The notes beneath the pieces are model-generated. The model was not told where the DNA came from. It searched no databases and saw nothing but the letters and a program-made list of their open reading frames with translations. A DNA stretch of 39,036 bases from a virus, in the IMG/VR virus record IMGVR_UViG_3300045988_153924; one strand, 5' to 3'. Both the position numbers and the translations under genes were made by a program. Below are positions 16,109-25,049 of this stretch, piece by piece. Each line of letters starts with the position of its first letter. Position 1 is the first letter of the stretch.

Positions 16109-17479
16109 GTGATAAAATTGGATTTGGAAACAGTAAAGAAACTGATAAAGAAATATATACCCGGACACGAAAATTTTATATCAAGAGTGCAGACGGCGGA
16201 ACGATATTATCTGAACGATAATGACATTCTGCATATGACGCACAGTGACGGCGAAAAACCTTTGAGGAATGCGGACAACAGAATACCGTCTAATTTTCAC
16301 GGATTGCTTGTAGACCAAAAAGCGGCGTATATGTTTACATCACCGCCGTTATTTGATGTCGGGAATAAATCGGCGAATGAGAAAATAAGCAATATACTCG
16401 GCAGTCGATACACGAAAATATGTTCAAGACTTGCGATAAATGCGTCAAATGCGGGTTTGGGTTGGATTCACTACTGGGATAATGACGGATTTAAGTACGA
16501 CGTTATAGACAGCAAGCAAGTTATACCGATATGGAGCGATACTTTGGAACACGAACTTACGGCGTGTTTCAGAACATATCAAGAGCTTGACGATAACGGT
16601 GACACTTACCACGTTTATGAGTATTGGACTGATAAGGAATGCAGTGTATTCCGTAAGAAGATTGGCGACGGTCTTGAACGGCTTGAAATGTATAATATGT
16701 TCAACGTGTACGACGTTGAAACAAACGGAACTATATGTAACGTGTACAGTCATAATTTCGGACGTGTACCGTTTATTCCGTTTTTCAATAACGGCTTTCA
16801 TCGTGATGACCTTACACCGATAAAAGGACTTATTGATACATATGACAAAACGTACAGCGGTTTTATAAACGACCTCGAAGATATACAGGAGATTATATTC
16901 GTACTAAGCGGATATGAGGGCGAGAGCCTTTCAGAGTTTTTGACACAGCTCAAGAAGTACAAGACTATTAAGCTTGATTCGGAGGACGGAGCAAGCGGAG
17001 GACTTTCGACTTTGACGATTGATATTCCGGTTGAGGCAAGAGAGAAAATGCTCCAAATGACACGCAAGAGTATTTTTGAACAGGGCAAAGGTATTGATCC
17101 CGATCCGCAGAACTTCGGTAATTCATCGGGTACGGCATTGAAATATTTGTATTCACTGCTTGAACTCAAAGCCGGTATGGCAGAAATGGAGTTTAGGAGT
17201 GGGTTTGAAGAACTCATCAAAGCGATATGCGATTACAGCGGTATCGCTTGTGAAAATGTCACGCAGACGTGGACAAGGACAAGCGTTTCAAACGACACCG
17301 AACTTGCGGATATAGCACAAAAAAGCGTTGGTGTTATATCTCAACGCACGATTATTGAACGTCATCCGTTTGTCGAGGACGCAGATAAGGAAATGGAGAG
17401 AATTGCGGAAGAAAAGGACGACAGTGACGATATAATGGGTGGACATAATGAACGAGTATTGGAAGAAGAGGAACAGTGA
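16109..17479 (+). CDS. Portal protein (SPP1 gp6-like)
   Basis: Size, position after TerL and the NRIPSNFHGLLVDQKAAYMF region are typical of gp6-type portals. Confidence 0.8.
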   Translation: MIKLDLETVKKLIKKYIPGHENFISRVQTAERYYLNDNDILHMTHSDGEKPLRNADNRIPSNFHGLLVDQKAAYMFTSPPLFDVGNKSANEKISNILGSRYTKICSRLAINASNAGLGWIHYWDNDGFKYDVIDSKQVIPIWSDTLEHELTACFRTYQELDDNGDTYHVYEYWTDKECSVFRKKIGDGLERLEMYNMFNVYDVETNGTICNVYSHNFGRVPFIPFFNNGFHRDDLTPIKGLIDTYDKTYSGFINDLEDIQEIIFVLSGYEGESLSEFLTQLKKYKTIKLDSEDGASGGLSTLTIDIPVEAREKMLQMTRKSIFEQGKGIDPDPQNFGNSSGTALKYLYSLLELKAGMAEMEFRSGFEELIKAICDYSGIACENVTQTWTRTSVSNDTELADIAQKSVGVISQRTIIERHPFVEDADKEMERIAEEKDDSDDIMGGHNERVLEEEEQ

Positions 17480-19004
17480 GCTTTTAAAAATCCACGCACA
17501 GAAAGCCGATGATATAGAACGCGAACTCATAAAAGAGTATGAAAGGTCCTTAAACGGCATAAAAAAAGAGATTGAAACGTTTTACGCAAGGTATGCGGGT
17601 GAAAACGGTATCAGTATGGCAGAGGCACGAAAACAGCTAAGTCGTGACGAACTTAAAGGGTTTAAGCTGTCGCTTGAAGAATTTCGCGAAAAGGCACTTG
17701 ATAACGCAGACGGCAAGTGGACGACAATGCTTGATAATGAGTATATGCGTTCAAGGGTAAGCCGTTTGGAGGCACTCAAATATCAAATGCGTGGAGAAGT
17801 CGAACTCTTGAAACAAAAGCAAGAGGATAAATTTTCAACATCACTTAAAAAGGCATACAGTGATACATATTATACAACAAATAAACATATTGCCGATTCG
17901 GTTGATTATGCTGTTAATTTTGCAAAGTTCGACCGTGACACGGTAAAGAATGCGATATATGAAAAGTGGCTTGACGGAAGTAACTTCTCTGACCGAATAT
18001 GGAATGATAAGCAGAAACTTTTGAGAGAACTTAATACAAATCTTGTACATGGCATAACGAGGGGCGACAGTCCCGATAAAATGATTAAAAATATTTCTGC
18101 AAGAATGAATGTTTCAAAAAGCCGTTCCGCCGCACTGTATCAGACGGAATATACGCATATTATGGTTGACGCAAGATTGCGTTCGATAATGGACGCAGGG
18201 TGTGACGAATACGAGATTGACGAGAATATGGACAGTGATATTTGCGATGAGTGTGCAAGTATGCACGGAAAGCATTTTAAACTGTCCGAATATCAGCAAG
18301 GCATAACCGCACCGCCGTTTCATACCCGTTGTCGTGGTACAATAACGGGATATTTTGTGGAAGAAGAGGAAACACTTGAAAATGTTGAAGATACTGATAC
18401 TATGTCTTTGTCGAAAGTATTTGATGAAGATGGTGTTAGATGTAAATGCAATCCTGTAAAAAATCATAACGGTATTTATACGCAAACAAACTCGAAGAAC
18501 GCACAGAATACAATAAAGTTTGTAATAGATACTAAGAATAGTATCGATTTATTGGGTGATGTTTCAGAAATCGTAATAGCAAAATCAATAAAAGGTATAG
18601 CCGCATACAGTCACAAAAACAATCGCTTATATATCAATGAGAAATTGACAGATGAAAGCTTTTTGAATGAAATGCTAAAAGACGGGTATTTTGTCGCGGA
18701 GAACAAGCTTGATGTATTGTGGCATGAAATGTTCCATAAGAAACATTGGGATTTTGTGTTGACAAACGGTGGAGAAAGTAATAAAATGAACATAGAATCA
18801 GAGTTGCGGAAATACGTAAAGGAACAACAAAGACTTGATTATTCTTATGTGTCAAATACTGTTAGTCGAAATGCAAAAGATGGATTGAAAAGAGAGGGCA
18901 ACAGACAATTAAATGAATTAATTGCGGAAGTGCTGTTACAAGAGAAAAAGGGAATTGTAAAAGATAAGCGGTTATTGGAATTGGTAAAGAGGTGTGTAAA
19001 ATGA
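17448..19004 (+). CDS. Minor head morphogenesis protein (MuF/SPP1 gp7 family) with a C-terminal extension of about 220 aa carrying an HExxH motif (putative metallopeptidase, MPTase-PolyVal-like). GTG 17439 is an alternative start
   Basis: The N-terminal roughly 300 aa are gp7/MuF-like; the C-terminal region contains LWHEMFHKKHW. Confidence 0.7.
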   Translation: MNEYWKKRNSELLKIHAQKADDIERELIKEYERSLNGIKKEIETFYARYAGENGISMAEARKQLSRDELKGFKLSLEEFREKALDNADGKWTTMLDNEYMRSRVSRLEALKYQMRGEVELLKQKQEDKFSTSLKKAYSDTYYTTNKHIADSVDYAVNFAKFDRDTVKNAIYEKWLDGSNFSDRIWNDKQKLLRELNTNLVHGITRGDSPDKMIKNISARMNVSKSRSAALYQTEYTHIMVDARLRSIMDAGCDEYEIDENMDSDICDECASMHGKHFKLSEYQQGITAPPFHTRCRGTITGYFVEEEETLENVEDTDTMSLSKVFDEDGVRCKCNPVKNHNGIYTQTNSKNAQNTIKFVIDTKNSIDLLGDVSEIVIAKSIKGIAAYSHKNNRLYINEKLTDESFLNEMLKDGYFVAENKLDVLWHEMFHKKHWDFVLTNGGESNKMNIESELRKYVKEQQRLDYSYVSNTVSRNAKDGLKREGNRQLNELIAEVLLQEKKGIVKDKRLLELVKRCVK

Positions 19005-19159
19005 TGAGGCTTATAACAGAATATGATTTGAAGATGAGTAAAGAGTTGGACAAATGGGAAGAGTATCCCGACGGAGAATGCCACTTACGAGAAGATGCAC
19101 CTGAAGAAGTAAAAAAGTATTACGAGAAGTTACGAAAAGAATATAGTATGTTTGATTAA
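19001..19159 (+). CDS. Small ORF (52 aa) translationally coupled (ATGA overlap) to the MuF-HExxH gene; candidate immunity/partner protein
   Basis: The ATG overlaps the TGA stop of the upstream gene; acidic helical sequence. Confidence 0.4.
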   Translation: MMRLITEYDLKMSKELDKWEEYPDGECHLREDAPEEVKKYYEKLRKEYSMFD

Positions 19160-19211
19160 AGCAAAAAACACTAATGAGTATGTTTTTATTACAACAAAGG
19201 GAGTATAGGCA

Positions 19212-19529
19212 ATGGATAATTTTAAAGTTATTTATAAAATACTTAAAGTCCTTGAAAGTGCAATGGATTGTGATGAAGTTGATAGGTCTTTGCTAAAGGC
19301 AGAAAATTTCAAGATAACAGAAAATCGATTTGAGAATATTATCAGAATGCTTGCCAAAGAAGAATATATAACCGGAGTAATCATAGTTGATATGATAGGA
19401 ATACAGGGAATCAAATTCGATGATGTCCGAATAACATTAAAAGGACTTGAATATCTTAGCGAAAATTCTTTGATGAAAAAAGCGGCAAATTTAGCTAAAA
19501 GCATTAAAGAAACAATTCCCGGTATATAA
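19212..19529 (+). CDS. YjcQ-family protein
   Basis: MDNFKVIYKILKVLE...ITLKGLEYLSENS matches the YjcQ pattern seen in Bacillus and Clostridium prophages. Confidence 0.7.
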   Translation: MDNFKVIYKILKVLESAMDCDEVDRSLLKAENFKITENRFENIIRMLAKEEYITGVIIVDMIGIQGIKFDDVRITLKGLEYLSENSLMKKAANLAKSIKETIPGI

Positions 19530-19543
19530 ATTAAATATACATT

Positions 19544-19569
19544 AAGCACGTCTTAGGGCGTGCTTTTTT
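19544..19569 (+). terminator. Rho-independent terminator (stem AAGCACG/CGTGCTT followed by T6)
   Basis: Read directly from the sequence. Confidence 0.65.
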
Positions 19570-19619
19570 GATACGAAAAAGGAGAGTGGAACAAGTGAAT
19601 ATACGAGGTTTACCGCCTT

Positions 19620-19646
19620 AGCACCTATGAAACGGTGCTTTTTTTA
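19620..19646 (+). terminator. Second rho-independent terminator (stem AGCACC/GGTGCT followed by T7)
   Basis: Read directly from the sequence. Confidence 0.6.
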
Positions 19647-19735
19647 TACTCTTTTTTCAAGTGTTGCAGAGAATAAAGAACAATGCTTTTTTACAGGAAC
19701 GCACCTGAATAAAAAATTATGGAGGAGAAATAAGA

Positions 19736-20347
19736 ATGGAATGGTTAAAGGCAATATTGGAAAAGGCGAAGATTGAGGACGGCAAGTTGGATATTGACGG
19801 AGTGATGTCGACTGTAAACTCTGAATTTCCGAAGTATGCAGTACCGAAAAATGTTTTCAATGACAAAGTTACGGAGCTTAAAACGGCGAATAAAACCATT
19901 GAGGACCTTAAACAATCAAATGCCGACAACGCGGAATTGCAGAACAAAATCAAAGAGTATGAAAGCGAGATTGAAACGCTTAAAACAGATGCGTTGAACA
20001 CCGCAAAGACATACGCATTAAAGGAACAGCTTTCAAAAGCCGGTGTAACCGATGCCGACTATCTTATTTACAAGCAAGGCGGAATTGACAAGTTTACATT
20101 CGACAAAGACGGCAAGCCTGTCGGTGTGGACGATATTCTTAAACCGCTTAGGGAGGATAAGACGTACTCACACCTTTTTGCCGAAAAAGGAGGAGCATAT
20201 ACACCAAAAGGCGGAAGCGGAAGTTCAGACGTAAATCCTTGGGCAAAGGAAACATTCAATCTTACCAAACAGGGAGAAATTTATAAAAACGACCCTGCTA
20301 AAGCAAAAGTATTAATGCAAGAGGCAGGAATGACAGGAGGAATTTAA
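19736..20347 (+). CDS. Scaffolding protein (GP20-like)
   Basis: Coiled-coil-rich protein immediately upstream of the major capsid gene. Confidence 0.7.
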   Translation: MEWLKAILEKAKIEDGKLDIDGVMSTVNSEFPKYAVPKNVFNDKVTELKTANKTIEDLKQSNADNAELQNKIKEYESEIETLKTDALNTAKTYALKEQLSKAGVTDADYLIYKQGGIDKFTFDKDGKPVGVDDILKPLREDKTYSHLFAEKGGAYTPKGGSGSSDVNPWAKETFNLTKQGEIYKNDPAKAKVLMQEAGMTGGI

Positions 20348-20348
20348 T

Positions 20349-21362
20349 ATGGGAACAACTTTATCAGATATTATCGTACCGGAACTGTTTAATCCGTACG
20401 TTATTCAAAAGACACTTGAAAAATCGGCACTTGTACAAAGCGGTATAGTGCAGAATGACGCAGAATTTGACAAGCTTGCGTCACAGGCAAGTCCGCTTGT
20501 AAATATGCCGTTTTTCTCTGACCTAACAGGTGAATCGGAAACGGTTATCGAGGGCGATGACCTTACCGCCGATAAAATCAGCAGTAAGAAAGACGTTGCG
20601 GTAATTTTAAGACGTGCAAAAATGTGGAGTGCAACAGACCTTTCCGCCGCAATGTCGGGTGCTGACCCTATGGCGGCGATTGCAAGTCTTGTATCTGACT
20701 TTTGGGTGAGAGATTTACAAAAGGAACTTATCGCAGTGCTTAAAGGTATCTTCGGCACAATTCCGGCAGTCTCCGACGGTTCGCCTAAAGAGGCTGAAAC
20801 AAGACTTGCGTCAAACATTCTTGATATGTCAAGCGCAAGCGGTAACGGTGCAAAATGGAGCGGAAGTGCTTTTATTGACGCACAACAGCTTTTAGGCGAC
20901 AACAAAGCGGAACTTACCGCCGTTGTTATGCACAGTGCAGTTGAGGCGGCACTCAGAAAGCAAGACCTTATTGACGTAATTCAGCCGTCGGGGGCAAATC
21001 CGTTCAGTACATATATGGGTAAGAGAGTTATTATTGACGACGGCTGTCCTGTAACAGGTTCTGGTTCGAGTCAAGTATTTTCAACATATCTTTTCGGCAA
21101 CGGTGCGATTGCTCTCGGCAACGGTACACCGGAAAAGTTTGTTGCGACCGAAACAGACAGAGATAAGAAAAAGGGCAGCGGTGTTGACTATCTTATCAAT
21201 CGTAAGACGTATATTCTTCACCCACGCGGTATTAAGTTTACGGACGCCGATGTCGCAAATACGGAAGGTCCTACGCGTACGGAACTTGCTAATGCAACAA
21301 ACTGGACACCTGTATATGACCCTAAGCAGATTAGAATTGTCGAAATGCGTCACAAGATTTGA
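20349..21362 (+). CDS. Major capsid protein (HK97-fold)
   Basis: Position and size. Confidence 0.8.
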   Translation: MGTTLSDIIVPELFNPYVIQKTLEKSALVQSGIVQNDAEFDKLASQASPLVNMPFFSDLTGESETVIEGDDLTADKISSKKDVAVILRRAKMWSATDLSAAMSGADPMAAIASLVSDFWVRDLQKELIAVLKGIFGTIPAVSDGSPKEAETRLASNILDMSSASGNGAKWSGSAFIDAQQLLGDNKAELTAVVMHSAVEAALRKQDLIDVIQPSGANPFSTYMGKRVIIDDGCPVTGSGSSQVFSTYLFGNGAIALGNGTPEKFVATETDRDKKKGSGVDYLINRKTYILHPRGIKFTDADVANTEGPTRTELANATNWTPVYDPKQIRIVEMRHKI

Positions 21363-21373
21363 TGAGGTGACTT

Positions 21374-21706
21374 ATGGACGAGTATATAACTGTTTTTACG
21401 GATATGTACGGCATAAGCGAAGATGACAGAGGAAAAGCCGAAAGGTGTATTGAAAGCACAATCGAATATATCAAGAATTATTGCCACATTGACAGTATTC
21501 CCGATGATTTAAAGCATACCGTTATACTTATGGCGGCGGACTTGTTCCGCTATGATGTATCGGCATCGTCGGGACAATATGACAATGTAACGTCAATCAA
21601 AGAGGGCGATGTTACCGTATCGTACGGCAGTAATTCAAGCAGTATGTCGAGCGTGTTTAAAGACTACAAAGCAAGGCTTGCACGTTTCAGAAAGTTGGTG
21701 TGGTGA
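21374..21706 (+). CDS. Head-tail connector/adaptor (gp6-like, Phage_connect_1)
   Basis: Size, position and sequence pattern. Confidence 0.65.
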   Translation: MDEYITVFTDMYGISEDDRGKAERCIESTIEYIKNYCHIDSIPDDLKHTVILMAADLFRYDVSASSGQYDNVTSIKEGDVTVSYGSNSSSMSSVFKDYKARLARFRKLVW

Positions 21707-22065
21707 TGAATATGGTAAGAGAGGCGATTGAAAGACTGTATAAAGGCTTATGTTCTGTCAAAGTGAAAGTTTCAAGCGTGAATGAGGAAACAGGAGAAAC
21801 TGTATTTACCGAAAAGGCTGTTTTAACGGAACAGCCTTGCCGACTTTCGTTTCAAAGCCGAAATTCGGCGGCAAAGGACGATGGATACAGCACCATATCG
21901 CAATCGGTTGTGCTTTTTATTGCGCCGGAGGTTGAAATACAGTCGGGCAGTAAAATAACCGTTACACAAAACGGAAAAACAACTGACTATTGCCGTAGCG
22001 GTGAAAGTGCGGTTTATACATCACACCAAGAAATTGCACTGGAATTATTCGAGGATTATGCGTAA
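21700..22065 (+). CDS. Head closure / head-tail joining protein
   Basis: Synteny and size. Confidence 0.6.
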   Translation: MVMNMVREAIERLYKGLCSVKVKVSSVNEETGETVFTEKAVLTEQPCRLSFQSRNSAAKDDGYSTISQSVVLFIAPEVEIQSGSKITVTQNGKTTDYCRSGESAVYTSHQEIALELFEDYA

Positions 22066-22499
22066 TGAATGAGATTGATTTTTCACAGCTTGAGAAATTA
22101 CAAAAGCAAATGGAAAGTGTGGATTACACCAAAGCTTGTGCATCGGCTATGAATGTAATTTCACAGAGGGCATTAAAATACATCAGTAACGTAACAAAAC
22201 CCGGACATTACAAGAACGGTAAAACGGGCGGTACACTGAAAAAGAGTTGGCAAGCAGAAAGAACAACTGTAAGCGGAAGTACGGTAAAAGGCGGAATATA
22301 TACCGCACTTGAATATGCTCCTTATGTGGAGTTCGGACACCGTACAAGGCTCGGAAAGGGTACGTCCCCGAAGTACAAGCCTAAGAAAAACGGCAAAAAG
22401 TGGGTTGAGGGTAAAAAGTATCTTAACACCGTAGTACCGAAAGTCGAAAGGGATGCACCTAAAATACTTATGCAGAAAATGGAGGAAGTATTGAAATGA
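22065..22499 (+). CDS. HK97 gp10-family tail component
   Basis: The ...TALEYAPYVEFGHRT motif is typical of the gp10 family. Confidence 0.7.
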   Translation: MNEIDFSQLEKLQKQMESVDYTKACASAMNVISQRALKYISNVTKPGHYKNGKTGGTLKKSWQAERTTVSGSTVKGGIYTALEYAPYVEFGHRTRLGKGTSPKYKPKKNGKKWVEGKKYLNTVVPKVERDAPKILMQKMEEVLK

Positions 22500-22924
22500 C
22501 ATCAAAAATAAAAAATGCAGTGACGAAAGCTATTCATAACCTGTTTGGCGATGATTATGCGGTATATACGGCATACACAGAACAAGGATTTTCAGAGCCT
22601 TGCTTTATCGTTGAAATGTTTCCGCTTAACGTACAGTCGACAAATTCATTTTTGGACGATGAAACGCAGACGGTAAAAATACGATATGTTCCGAAAGAGA
22701 TAAGTCAAGACGAATTTATCGAAGTGGCTGAAAAATTGAGAGGCTTGTTTTTGTATAAACCGCTTGTACTGTCAGACGGTATGCGTGTAAGGTGCTTTGA
22801 TATTAATTTCTCTTTGGAAAACTATACGCTTGTGACGGAGCTTGTATACAATTACACCGTTAAGGTGAGAAACGAAAGTACATACGATAAGGCAGAAGAT
22901 TTGATGTTAGGAGGAGATTTATAA
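22496..22924 (+). CDS. Tail terminator/completion protein (putative)
   Basis: Synteny, immediately before the sheath gene. Confidence 0.5.
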   Translation: MTSKIKNAVTKAIHNLFGDDYAVYTAYTEQGFSEPCFIVEMFPLNVQSTNSFLDDETQTVKIRYVPKEISQDEFIEVAEKLRGLFLYKPLVLSDGMRVRCFDINFSLENYTLVTELVYNYTVKVRNESTYDKAEDLMLGGDL

Positions 22925-23970
22925 TGGGTTTACCTGAAATAAATATAGTGTTTCAGTCCAAAGCTGAAACGGCGATTAAACGAAGTGCAAACGGCATTGT
23001 TGCACTGATTTTGCGTGACGCAACCAAGAGCGATATTACATCATATTCGTATACAAATGAGAGTGAAGTTGTAAAATCGCATTGGAAAACCACAAATTAT
23101 GATTACATAAGCAAGACGTTCCTCGGCGGACCGCAAAGGGTTATTGTCGAGAGAATAGGTGCGGAAGATACTTATGACGACGCACTTGCACGATTAAAAA
23201 ATAAAAAGTGGAATTACCTTGCAATACCGTCGCTTGCCGATAACGAAAAAGATATTGCGGATTGGATTATTGCACAGAGAAATGCGAAAAAGACATTTAA
23301 AGCCGTACTTCCGTATGCGGCGAATAATGAGGGTATTATAAACTTCGCAACCAATGATATAAAAGTCGGTACAAAGGTTTATACCACTGCCGAATACTGT
23401 TGCCGTATTGCAGGACTTTTGGCAGGATTGCCTATGACAGAGGGTGCGACGTATCAAACTCTTGCGGAGGTTGAAAGCATAACGGAAAGTACAACTCCGG
23501 ATGATGATATTGACGGCGGTAAGTTTATACTTATCAATGACGGCGAAAAGGTTAAAGTCGGCAGAGGTGTCAATTCGCTTGTAACATTGTCGGGCGATAA
23601 GACGGAGGATATGAAGAAAATCAAGATTATAGACAGTCTTGACCTCATAAGAGATGATATAAAAGCATCGTTTGAGGAAAATTATATTAATGTTGTAAAC
23701 AGTCACGAAAATAAAATGTTGTTTATCGGTGCGGTTAATCAGTATTTTAAGTCGTTGCAGTCACAGGGCGTATTGTATGACGGTGCCGATTGCAGAGCGT
23801 ATATTGACGTTCAGTCGCAACGTGAATGGCTTGCTCAAAAATATGACGTGTCGGATTGGACGGACAGCGAAGTCGAAGTAGCAAATACGGGAAGTATCAT
23901 ATTTGCGGGGGCTGATATTACAATACAGGATTGTATTGAAGATTTGAGTTTTAAAATAGGATTGGAGTGA
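22924..23970 (+). CDS. Contractile tail sheath protein (XkdK-like)
   Basis: Position upstream of the tube and chaperone genes in PBSX-like order. Confidence 0.65.
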   Translation: MGLPEINIVFQSKAETAIKRSANGIVALILRDATKSDITSYSYTNESEVVKSHWKTTNYDYISKTFLGGPQRVIVERIGAEDTYDDALARLKNKKWNYLAIPSLADNEKDIADWIIAQRNAKKTFKAVLPYAANNEGIINFATNDIKVGTKVYTTAEYCCRIAGLLAGLPMTEGATYQTLAEVESITESTTPDDDIDGGKFILINDGEKVKVGRGVNSLVTLSGDKTEDMKKIKIIDSLDLIRDDIKASFEENYINVVNSHENKMLFIGAVNQYFKSLQSQGVLYDGADCRAYIDVQSQREWLAQKYDVSDWTDSEVEVANTGSIIFAGADITIQDCIEDLSFKIGLE

Positions 23971-23976
23971 TAGATA

Positions 23977-24417
23977 ATGGCTGAAAGTGTTAAACCGAGA
24001 GGTAATCAACTTTGTTCCGGTACATTCGGTAAACTTTGGATTGACGGAAGTCTTGCCTATGAAGTGTATAAGTTCGAGGCAAAGGAAAAGACAAATCGTG
24101 AGAGTGTAAGTTTTGCCGGCGATACAACGAACGATTCAAAGCTTATGGGCGTTGACTATGAATTTTCATATACCGTACGAAAGGTATATTCAAGAGGTAA
24201 AGAAATAGCCGACGGACATAAAAAAGGTAAAGATACAAGACATACGTTGGTGGCAAGACTTGAAGATCCTGATAACGGCGGTTATGAAACAATTCAACTT
24301 GATAATTGTTGGTATAATGATGTGTCACTTATGAATTTTGAAACCGGTAAGATAGTTGAAGAAGAATTCAGCGGCGGTTTTACCGACTATGACCTTACAT
24401 CTACAATGAATGCGTAA
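23977..24417 (+). CDS. Tail tube protein (XkdM-like)
   Basis: Size and synteny. Confidence 0.7.
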   Translation: MAESVKPRGNQLCSGTFGKLWIDGSLAYEVYKFEAKEKTNRESVSFAGDTTNDSKLMGVDYEFSYTVRKVYSRGKEIADGHKKGKDTRHTLVARLEDPDNGGYETIQLDNCWYNDVSLMNFETGKIVEEEFSGGFTDYDLTSTMNA

Positions 24418-24435
24418 TAACGGAGGTAAAAGATT

Positions 24436-24816
24436 ATGGATAAGAATACAAAAATTACTCTTGCGGAACTTATTAAGCGTAAGGAGCAAGTGCTTGAGGC
24501 AAAGAAAAACGTAAAAAGAGCGAGAGTTTATGTAAAAAGCCTTGGTGGCGAGATTGTTATAAAAGCACCGACAAAGTCGCTTGCAACAGAATCGGCGGAA
24601 ATGGAAAAGGACGGTGACGCTCACCTTGTTTATGAGTGTGTTGCCGAACCGGATTTACATTCAAAAGAACTTCAGGAGGCATACGGCTGTACATATCCCG
24701 AAGAAATCGTAGAAAAGATTTTTGACGACGGCGAAATCTCACCGATTGCAATGGAGTGTATGAAACTTGCGGGATATATCGACAGTGTAAAACTTGTTGA
24801 AGAAGTAAAAAACTGA
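24436..24816 (+). CDS. Tail assembly chaperone (XkdN-like)
   Basis: Size and position between the tube and tape-measure genes. Confidence 0.7.
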   Translation: MDKNTKITLAELIKRKEQVLEAKKNVKRARVYVKSLGGEIVIKAPTKSLATESAEMEKDGDAHLVYECVAEPDLHSKELQEAYGCTYPEEIVEKIFDDGEISPIAMECMKLAGYIDSVKLVEEVKN

Positions 24817-24983
24817 TAGAGGCAGATGATGAACTCTATATGATACATCATTATCTGCAAAGAGGAATATTGCCCGAAAAGGTGCTTGCAAGACCAGAAA
24901 TTGAAAAAATATTTTTCCTTGCAAGTGCCAAAAAGGCAAATGATGACGAGTACGCAAAGTGGAAGGCGTTGGGAGGTGAATAA
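24807..24983 (+). CDS. Putative -1 frameshift extension of the tail chaperone; slippery A_AAA_AAC at 24807..24813 just before the stop
   Basis: The -1 frame is open from 24801 to the TAA at 24981..24983 and would add about 57 aa. Confidence 0.45.
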   Translation, partial: KKLIEADDELYMIHHYLQRGILPEKVLARPEIEKIFFLASAKKANDDEYAKWKALGGE

Positions 24984-25049
24984 TTTTGCGGAGCAAAATT
25001 ATAGCGAGCAAATGCCGTGCATTTGTGATAGCGTAGGGGGTGAATAGTT

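Noticed and set aside
20405-20905. Minus-strand 166-aa ORF
   Set aside because: Antisense to the major capsid gene.
23194-23706. Minus-strand 170-aa ORF
   Set aside because: Antisense to the sheath gene.
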